46,810 nucleotides of DNA, taken from a bacterium. Its GTDB lineage: Bacteria > Hydrothermota > 32-111. The notes under the pieces are model-generated. The model worked only from the letters and a program-made list of their open reading frames with translations, did no database searches and was not told where the DNA came from. The stretch lies in contig JBFXGO010000014.1 of NCBI GenBank assembly GCA_050239825.1, positions 1-46,810 of the forward strand, written 5' to 3'. The position numbers and the translations under genes were made by a program. Positions 39,177 through 46,424 of this stretch are shown one piece after another. Each line of letters begins with the position of its first letter. The first letter of the stretch is position 1.

Positions 39177-40892
39177 TTATCTCAGCCCCGTCTCTTTAAC
39201 AGCTTCAAGAATATCCACTATCCCCTGATTCATCTTTCTAACCGCTATCTGTCTCAGTGTTATCATGCCATTCTGAACTGCTACTGCCTCAAGGTCATCT
39301 GTCGGAAGTTTTTTCATAATCGCTCTTCTTATCTCAGGCGACATCTCCATCACTTCAAAAAGTCCGACCATTCCCTTATATCCTGTATTTCCGCATTTTT
39401 CACAGCCTCGTCCTTTCATTAAAGTATTGCCTTTGAAGTCCTCCGGTTTGAACCCGAGCCGTATCAGCTCCTCATCGCTCTTTACATCCGGCACTTTGCA
39501 GTTGGTGCAGATCCTCCTCACAAGACGCTGTGATACTATGCAGTTGATTGTGGACGAGATAAGAAAGGGCTCCACTCCCATGTTTATCAAACGGGTTATG
39601 GTGCCTGCCGATGAATTGGTGTGTACAGACGACAGAACAAGGTGACCGGTCAATGAAGCTCTAATGGCTATCTCCGCAGTATCCTTGTCTCTGACCTCTC
39701 CCACCATTATCACATTCGGATCCTGTCTGAGGTAGGCTCTGAGAGCAGATGCGAATGTCAAACCCACGGCTTCCTGTACCTGAAGCTGATTAATTCCATC
39801 CAAGGAAAACTCTATCGGGTCCTCAGCCGTTGTGATATTGAGCTCCGGGGAGCTTATCTTTTCTATGCAGGTGTAAAGGGTTGTGGTCTTTCCGCATCCT
39901 GTGGGACCTGTTATAAGAATTATACCCACAGGATTTCTGAGAGATTTCATAAGAATTCTTTCGAGGTCTTCCTCGAATCCCAATTTGTCAAATTCAAAAT
40001 CCACCTTCTCTCTGTCCAGAATTCTCATCGCGACTTTCTCTCCATACATTGTGGGACATGTCGCAACGCGGATATCAATTGGTTTGTCATGAACTCTTAC
40101 TTTTATTCTTCCGTCCTGCGGAAGACGAGTCTCCTGCAGACGCATTCTGCCCATAACCTTTACTCTTGAAACCAATGCTTTTCTGTATTGCCAGCGGGGA
40201 GGTCTTTCAATAGGCCTCAATACACCATCTATTCTAAATCGTATTCTCAATGATTGATCGTATGGCTCAATATGAATATCTGAAGCGCCCTGCTCTACGG
40301 CAGATGTGATAAGACTGTTTACTATTTTTACTATGGGTCCGCTTTCAACATTAGCCGCAAGGTCGCTTATTGCATCATCTGCCTGTTCATTTTCATCTTT
40401 TTTTATAACCTCAATATCCTCATCCTGAATTTCATCAATATCCACAATATCATCAAGATGAACTTCAACATTTGCATAATATTTTTCTATGAAACTATCA
40501 ACAGAATTCTCAGTCGCAACAAGAGGAATTATATTGTGTGCAGTAGTAAATTTCAAATCCTCCAAAGCAAAAATATCCGCAGGATTTGTCATTGCAAGAT
40601 AAATGCTTCTACCTTCTCGTCTCACGGGGAATACTGAATATTTTTTTGCCAGATTTGCAGGAATGACTTGCAGAAGAGATTCATCTATTTGAATTTCATT
40701 AAGATTGATGGATTGCACCTTGTATTGGCGGGATAAAAATTCAACAAGTTTGTTTTCAGATGTAAAACCAAGCTCTACTAAGATAGAACCCAATTTTTTA
40801 GTAGTGCCTTTTTGGGCTTTCAATGCCTCATTTAGCTGTTCATTATTTATCAGCCCGGCATTGATGAGCATGTTTCCAAGTTTTTCCGACAT
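39177..40892 (-). CDS. pilB: Type IV pilus assembly ATPase, paralogue 1, with MshEN-like N-terminus
   Basis: KLGNMLINAGLI, ASDIHIEP, GPTGCGKT, RQDPN, CTNC...CEKC. Confidence 0.92.
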   Translation of the reverse strand: MSEKLGNMLINAGLINNEQLNEALKAQKGTTKKLGSILVELGFTSENKLVEFLSRQYKVQSINLNEIQIDESLLQVIPANLAKKYSVFPVRREGRSIYLAMTNPADIFALEDLKFTTAHNIIPLVATENSVDSFIEKYYANVEVHLDDIVDIDEIQDEDIEVIKKDENEQADDAISDLAANVESGPIVKIVNSLITSAVEQGASDIHIEPYDQSLRIRFRIDGVLRPIERPPRWQYRKALVSRVKVMGRMRLQETRLPQDGRIKVRVHDKPIDIRVATCPTMYGEKVAMRILDREKVDFEFDKLGFEEDLERILMKSLRNPVGIILITGPTGCGKTTTLYTCIEKISSPELNITTAEDPIEFSLDGINQLQVQEAVGLTFASALRAYLRQDPNVIMVGEVRDKDTAEIAIRASLTGHLVLSSVHTNSSAGTITRLINMGVEPFLISSTINCIVSQRLVRRICTNCKVPDVKSDEELIRLGFKPEDFKGNTLMKGRGCEKCGNTGYKGMVGLFEVMEMSPEIRRAIMKKLPTDDLEAVAVQNGMITLRQIAVRKMNQGIVDILEAVKETGLR

Positions 40893-40900
40893 ATCATAAT

Positions 40901-40928
40901 ATTTTATACAAATAACATATTAAGTCAA
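40901..40928 (-). promoter_or_regulatory. Sigma-70-type promoter of the pil operon
   Basis: TTGACT-16-TAAAAT, 8 nt before ATG 40892. Confidence 0.65.
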
Positions 40929-40986
40929 GCATAAATATATAATATAAACAGTATTTATTTAATTAAACAAGTTTCTAATTGAATAC

Positions 40987-42640
40987 AATATAGGGAAGTT
41001 TAGTAAATGACTTGCCTTTACAACTCCGACGAAAAATTCCAGTGCTGCCCCCCAAGTCAGCCTTGAGCCGTGAGCCATGTGCCATGAGCTTAATGCGGGG
41101 AGCTGAGTAAATAACTTGCCTTTACAGTTCCGAATGAGAAGCCTGTCCACAGCGCTCGTCTGTCCAATGCTTCTCATGAGGACAATCAAGTCAATGACTT
41201 ATTGAAAGTAAAAGCTTCAAGTCGGCGAGGACGCTCCGCGAAGACGCCCATCAAGTGGGCGACCCCTTGCTACGCTATCCCATCTTGATAAAGCGGCGAA
41301 GCGGAGTGTGTGAGCCGACGCTACGCCCGCGTGTAGCCACTAAGTCAGCCCTGAGCCTTGAGCCATGTGCCTTGAGCTTAATACGGAGAGTTGAGTAAAT
41401 AACTTGCCTTTACAGTTCCGAGGAAAAATTCCAGTGCATCTCCGCACTGCTATTCAATGTTTTTCCGAGGACAATCAATTAAATAACTTATTGAGAGTGA
41501 AAGCTACAAGTCGGCGAGGACGCTCCGCGCAGACGCCCATCAAGTGGTTCTCCCCTTGCTCCGCTATCCCATCTTGATAAAGCGGCGAAGCGGAGTGTGT
41601 GAGCCGACGCTAAGCCCGCCAGCAGCCCCCCAAGTCAGCCTTGAGCCGTGAGCCTTGAGCTTAATACGGAGAGATGATTAAGATTTTGTCTTTACAATAA
41701 TCTTCACAAAGTTCTGGTGCAACCCGAGGTCTCTATCATGTGCGTTAGCGCACATTTCACCCCAGCCAATGCTTTGTGAAGATTCAATCAATTAAATAAC
41801 TTATTGAAAGTGAAAGCTACAAGTCGGCGAGGACGCTCCGCGCAGACGCCCATCAAGTGGTTCTCCCCTTGCTCCGCTATCCCATCTTGATAAAGCGGCG
41901 AAGCGGAGTGTGTGAGCTGACGCTACGCCCGCCAGCAGACCCCAAGTCAGCCCTGAGCCGTGTGCCTTGTGCCATGAGCTTAATGCGGGGAGCTGAGTAA
42001 ATAACTTGCCTTTACAGTTCCGAGGAAAAATTCCAGTGCATCTCCGCATTTAACACAATACTCCTGATGATTAAATAATTTTATCTTTACAGTAATCTTC
42101 ACAAAGTTCTGGTGCAACCCGATACCTCTATCATGTGCGTTCGCGCACATTACACCCTCGCCAATGCTTTGTGAAGATTCAATCAATTAAATAACTTATT
42201 GAAAGTGAAAGCTTCAAGTCGGCGAGGACGCTCCGCGAAGACGCCCATCAAGTGGGCGACTCCATGCTACGCTATCCCATCTTGATATAGCGGCGAAGCG
42301 GAGTGTGTGAGCTGACGCTACGCTATTCAGCAGCCCCCAAGTCAGCCTTGAGCCGTGAGCCTTGTGCCATGAGCATAATACGGGGAGTTGATTAATATTT
42401 ATTCTTTTCAGTAATCTTCACAAAGTTCTGGTGCAACCCGATACCTCTATCATGTGCGTTCGCGCACATTACACCCTCGCCAATGCTTTGTGAAGATTTA
42501 ATCAATTAAATAACTTATTGATACTCGAAAGCTTCAAGTCGGCGAGGACGCTCCGCGAAGACGCCCATCAAGTGGGCGACTCCATGCTACGCTATCCCAT
42601 CTTGATATAGCGGCGAAGCGGAGTGTGTGAGCTGACGCTT
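40987..42640. repeat. Modular structured repeat array 1 (5 core hairpins)
   Basis: Core GTCGGCGAGGACGCTCCGCG at 41221, 41510, 41823, 42218, 42538; periods 289, 313, 395, 320 bp. Confidence 0.95.
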
Positions 42641-42701
42641 GGCTTACCTGCCGCCACCAAACAATCTTCAATTATCAATAAGCAATAAACAATAAACTGA
42701 T

Positions 42702-42745
42702 AGACCCTTCACGATAGTCATAAACACAGAGGCGTTCAGGGTGAC
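42702..42745. repeat. Solo 44-bp REP-like element, same family as the GIY-YIG flanks
   Basis: AGACCCTTCACGATAG...GCGTTCAGGGTGAC aligns without gaps to 46371-46414. Confidence 0.8.
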
Positions 42746-42780
42746 TGAATTGATTAAGTAAATAGCGGTTAGTAAATTTT

Positions 42781-43080
42781 GATTAAAAACGGAGGATGAG
42801 GGACTCAGTCCTCGGTTTTGTTCCTGCATTACTCCGCAATGCTGGGGACATTCCTTCGGTGTGTCCCCACAAAAACTCCGCGCTTCCGCCGCTTCTTCTC
42901 ACGCAGGTGAGCGCGGCTGTCAGCGTTCGAGTCCCATAAGATTAAAAACGGAGGATGAGGGACTCAGTCCTCGGTTTTGTTCCTGCATTACTCCGCAATG
43001 CAGACAAAACTCTCAACTCCGCGCTTCCGCCGCTTCTTCTCACGCAGGTGAGCGCGGCTGTCAGCGTTCGAGTCCCATAA
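42781..43080 (-). repeat. Two tandem tRNA-3'-end-linked elements (159 and 141 bp)
   Basis: GATTAAAAACGGAGGATGAGGGACTC at 42781, 42940 and 43081; the last copy is the real tRNA end. Confidence 0.92.
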
Positions 43081-43089
43081 GATTAAAAA

Positions 43090-43172
43090 CGGAGGATGAG
43101 GGACTCGAACCCCCAAGGGTGTGAACCCGTCGGATTTCAAATCCGATGCCTTACCAGTTAGACTAATCCTCC
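43090..43172 (-). tRNA. tRNA-Ser(TGA)
   Basis: GGAGGAT/ATCCTCC-G acceptor, TCGGA-TTTGAAA-TCCGA anticodon arm, long variable arm, GGGGG-TTCGAGT-CCCTC T arm; CCA not encoded. Confidence 0.93.
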
Positions 43173-43195
43173 GTATTTCAAAAAGCAGAAATGAA

Positions 43196-43223
43196 ATTAT
43201 ATAAGAAATTCAATTCTTGTCAA
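43196..43223 (-). promoter_or_regulatory. Sigma-70 promoter of tRNA-Ser(TGA)
   Basis: TTGACA-16-TATAAT. Confidence 0.8.
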
Positions 43224-43275
43224 TAAAAAATTAAGATGCAAAAATAACAATTAATCTATAACTGGCAGGTATCCT

Positions 43276-43839
43276 TCAACTTTTTAACTTTCTTGAATTT
43301 ATATCAGAATGATTGAAAAGAATTGCAGAACCGGTAAAGATAGTCACAAAAAATGAATTGAGAATGAATATCTTGAAAATGTCAATAAATGTCCCTGATT
43401 CACCTGCAAGAGGTTGTCCGATTATAAATGCCATTAATGTAACAATTGCCTGCACCGCTGCAGTAACAAACATTGCGTATTTCATGCCTCGTGCATTAAA
43501 TTGGGCAATTAAAAGACCTATGAATTCAACTAATATGACCAATAAATATATTGCATTGATTGGATTATTCTCATCTCCGATTATTCCTACAGCAAGGTTT
43601 ATCCAAATGAGAAGAAGTGTGCCCGCAACTGCTAAACCCACGGCCGAGCGATACACCACATCTGTCGCCTTAGTGCACAAGATTTCATAAGCCAATCCAG
43701 AACAGAACAGCAGACCGCCCGCGGCAATAAAATCGAATAATGTCCAATCAACTCCTTCTACAAAACGCATAGCTACGAGAGGTACAAGCAAAATTGATAC
43801 TGTAACTATACCTATGATGATTATGTTTTTTCTTCTCAT
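43276..43839 (-). CDS. Multi-pass membrane protein of unknown function
   Basis: About 6 hydrophobic segments, PLVAMRF..GVDWTLFDF, WINLAVGIIG; AGGAG RBS. Confidence 0.75.
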   Translation of the reverse strand: MRRKNIIIIGIVTVSILLVPLVAMRFVEGVDWTLFDFIAAGGLLFCSGLAYEILCTKATDVVYRSAVGLAVAGTLLLIWINLAVGIIGDENNPINAIYLLVILVEFIGLLIAQFNARGMKYAMFVTAAVQAIVTLMAFIIGQPLAGESGTFIDIFKIFILNSFFVTIFTGSAILFNHSDINSRKLKS

Positions 43840-43890
43840 TCGCTTTTCTCCTTTCTTACATAATAAACATTACATATTTTTGACTGAAAT

Positions 43891-45205
43891 TGAGCCGACG
43901 CTACGCCCGCCAGCAGACCCCAAGTCAGCCCTGAGCCGTGAGCCGTGTGCCGTGAGCTTAATGCGGGGAGCTGATTAATATTTTGTCTTTTCAATTCCGA
44001 ATGAGAAGCCTGTCCACAGCGCTCGTCTGTCCAATGCTTCTCATGAGGACAATCAAGTCAATGACTTATTGAAAGTGAAAGCTACAAGTCGGCGAGGACG
44101 CTCCGCGAAGACGCCCATCAAGTGGCCGACCCCTTGCTACGCTATCCCATCTTGATAAAGCGGCGAAGCGGAGTGTGTGAGCCGACGCTACACCCGCCAG
44201 CAGCCCCCCCAAATCAGCCCTGAGCCTTGTGCCGTGTGCCATGAGCATAATACGGGGAGCTGAGTAAATGACTTGCCTTTACAGTTCCGAGGAAAAATTC
44301 CAGTGCATCTCCGCACTGCTATTCGATGTTTTTCCGAGGACAATCAAGTCAATGACTTATTGAAAGTGAAAGCTACAAGTCGGCGAGGACGCTCCGCGAA
44401 GACGCCCATCAAGTGGCCGACCCCTTGCTACGCTATCCCATCTTGATAAAGCGGCGAAGCGGAGTGTGTGAGCCGACGCTACACCCGCCAGCAGCCCCCC
44501 CAAATCAGCCCTGAGCCTTGTGCCGTGTGCCATGAGCATAATACGGGGAGCTGAGTAAATGACTTGCCTTTACAGTTCCGAGGAAAAATTCCAGTGCATC
44601 TCCGCACTGCTATTCGATGTTTTTCCGAGGACAATCAAGTCAATGACTTATTGAAAGTGAAAGCTACAAGTCGGCGAGGACGCTCCGCGAAGACGCCCAT
44701 CAAGTGGTTCTCCCCTTGCTCCGCTAACCCATCTTGATAAAGCGGCGAAGCGGAGTGTGCGAGCCGACGCTAAGCCCGCGTGCAGCCCCCCCCAAATCAG
44801 CCTTGAGCCGTGAGCCTTGTGCCATGAGCATAATACGGGGAGCTGAGTAAATAACTTGCCTTTACAGTTCCGAGGAAAAATTCCAGTGCATCTCCGCATT
44901 TAACACAATACTCCTGATGATTAAATAATTTTATCTTTACAGTAATCTTCACAAAGTTCTGGTGCAACCCGATACCTCTATCATGTGCGTTCGCGCACAT
45001 TACACCCTCGCCAATGTGGGGACATTCCTACGGTGTGTCCCCACTGCAACAATCAATTAAATAACTTATTGAAAGTGAAAGCTCAAAGTCGGCGAGGACG
45101 CTCCGCGCAGACGCCCATCAAGTGGTTGACCCCTTGCTCCGCTAACCCATCTTGATAAAGCGGCGAAGCGGAGTGTGCGAGCCGACGCTAAGCCCGCGTG
45201 CAGCC
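43891..45205. repeat. Modular structured repeat array 2 (4 core hairpins plus one truncated)
   Basis: Cores at 44088, 44379, 44670, 45088; periods 291, 291, 418 bp. Confidence 0.95.
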
Positions 45206-45222
45206 AATGAACATTTTATCAA

Positions 45223-45414
45223 GATTAAAATCGGAGAGGCTGGGATTCAGTCATCGGTTTTGTTCCTGCATTACTCCGCAATGCTGGGGACATTCCTACG
45301 GTGTGTCCCCACAAAAACTCCGCGCTTCCGCCGCTTATTCTCACGCAGGTGAGCGCGGCTGTCAGCGTTCGAATCCCTGGGGACATTCCTACGGTGTGTC
45401 CCCACTACAAAAAT
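45223..45414 (-). repeat. tRNA-3'-end-linked element at tRNA-Ser(CGA)
   Basis: CGGAGAGGCTGGGATTC (45232-45248) duplicates the tRNA 3' 17 nt; body nearly identical to 42807-42935. Confidence 0.92.
45378..45408 (-). repeat. GTAG-tagged REP-like hairpin (also at 42843-42870, 45016-45047, 45285-45312)
   Basis: TGGGGACATTCCT(A/T)CGGTGTGTCCCCAC occurs four times; the minus strand here reads GTAG-TGGGGACA...TGTCCCCA. Confidence 0.8.
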
Positions 45415-45502
45415 CGGAGAGGCTGGGATTCGAACCCAGGGTACCCGTAAGGATACTCCGCATTTCGAGTGCGGTGCCTTAAACCAACTCGACCACCTCT
45501 CC
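45415..45502 (-). tRNA. tRNA-Ser(CGA)
   Basis: GGAGAGG/CCTCTCC-G acceptor, CCGCA-CTCGAAA-TGCGG anticodon arm, long variable arm, CTGGG-TTCGAAT-CCCAG T arm; CCA not encoded. Confidence 0.95.
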
Positions 45503-45516
45503 AAAGAACTTTCACA

Positions 45517-45544
45517 ATTATATATAAAACAGATATGATTTCAA
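45517..45544 (-). promoter_or_regulatory. Sigma-70 promoter of tRNA-Ser(CGA)
   Basis: TTGAAA-16-TATAAT. Confidence 0.65.
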
Positions 45545-45545
45545 C

Positions 45546-46010
45546 CTATTTCTTTCTTGCTCTTATGAAAAATTCCCTCATCATTTCAGAGCTCTCTTTT
45601 TCAAGAATACCGCCCTCTACAAGAATATTATGATTCAAACCATTGAGTTTCTGAATGTCAATGAGTGAAACGCAGCCTCCACAATTTTTTTCTCTGCATC
45701 CGAAAACAACTCTCTTTACGCGTGCCAGCATTGAAGCTGAAATGCACATAAGACAAGGTTCGACTGTTGAATACAGAGTGCAATTATTCAGCCTCCAGTC
45801 ACCCTCTCTCTTCTGCGCTTTTTTAATGGCTTTTATCTCAGCATGTGAAAATGTTGATTTATCCTTCTCCATAGTGTTATGCGCCCTTGCAATAATCTTT
45901 CCGTCTTTTACTATAACACAACCTATGGGCACTTCATTCTTTTCAAATGCCTTCTCCGCCTCTTTCAAAGCAGATCTCATATATTTTTCGTCAATATTAA
46001 TTTTTTTCAT
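45546..46010 (-). CDS. tadA: tRNA adenosine(34) deaminase
   Basis: EVPIGCVIV, HAEI, WRL, VEPCLMC, LNH. Confidence 0.93.
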   Translation of the reverse strand: MKKINIDEKYMRSALKEAEKAFEKNEVPIGCVIVKDGKIIARAHNTMEKDKSTFSHAEIKAIKKAQKREGDWRLNNCTLYSTVEPCLMCISASMLARVKRVVFGCREKNCGGCVSLIDIQKLNGLNHNILVEGGILEKESSEMMREFFIRARKK

Positions 46011-46036
46011 ATTTCATTTTAAATAATTTTTTATAT

Positions 46037-46414
46037 GTCATTCTGACCGGCTCTATTCACTGTTCTCGTGTGAAGAATCTATCAATCTGTTATTTCTTTC
46101 CACTTGTCAATCCATTTTGGATTAATGCTGTTAATCAATCTCTCTTTCTTTTCTCTTTTCCATCCTTTCAATGTTTTCTCTCTTTTAATCGCATTTTCAA
46201 TATCATCATAACACTCATAATAAATTAGAAGACAAGCCTTATACCTCTCTGCGAAACCTTCAATATATTTTTGCTTATGTTCATATGTTCTTCTTACAAT
46301 GTCATTTGTAACACCAGTATAAAGGACTGTCTTGTTTTTGTTTGTAAGAATGTACACATAATACATTGATAGATCCTTCACTATAGACATAACCTCAGAA
46401 GCGTTCAGGATGAC
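46037..46414. mobile_element. Candidate GIY-YIG cassette bounded by 44-bp inverted REP-like elements (46037-46080 and 46371-46414)
   Basis: Left GTCATTCTGA-N24-TGAAGAATCT; right (reverse complement) GTCATCCTGA-N24-TGAAGGATCT. Confidence 0.6.
46082..46366 (-). CDS. Minimal stand-alone GIY-YIG nuclease
   Basis: YYVYIL..LYTGVTNDIVRRTYEHK..AIKREKTLKGWKREKK..NPKW; likely start at 46366. Confidence 0.9.
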   Translation of the reverse strand: MYYVYILTNKNKTVLYTGVTNDIVRRTYEHKQKYIEGFAERYKACLLIYYECYDDIENAIKREKTLKGWKREKKERLINSINPKWIDKWKEITD

Positions 46415-46424
46415 ATTACTATTT

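Noticed and set aside
188..40899. Numerous plus-strand ORFs in the supplied track
   Set aside because: They are antisense shadows of well-supported minus-strand genes with no recognisable motifs; only 31064-32197 is accepted
42064..42100. CTGATGA (also at 44914) as a hammerhead ribozyme core
   Set aside because: No correctly placed stem II-GAAA or stems I and III found
42781..43080. tRNA-end duplications as the attR of a prophage or genomic island
   Set aside because: The duplicates are only 141-183 bp apart and no integrase or phage genes lie between or near them
43090..43172. tRNA-Sec or suppressor reading of the TTCAAA seen on the plus strand
   Set aside because: The gene is on the minus strand; the loop TTTGAAA gives anticodon TGA (Ser) with a normal 7-bp acceptor stem
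40987..45205. Repeat arrays as a CRISPR array
   Set aside because: Constant parts are about 200 bp, the variable parts recur and are self-complementary rather than unique 30-40-nt spacers, and no cas genes are present
40987..45205. Repeat arrays as integron attC cassettes
   Set aside because: I see no RYYYAAC/GTTRRRY boxes at the hairpin feet, no ORF cassettes between hairpins and no intI
40959..45504. Short ORFs inside the repeats (e.g. 41801-42049, 44066-44248, 44357-44539, 44648-44899, 42861-43124, 45198-45482, 45271-45504)
   Set aside because: Frames are not kept between copies (heptamer and poly-C indels), there is no RBS, and several overlap tRNAs
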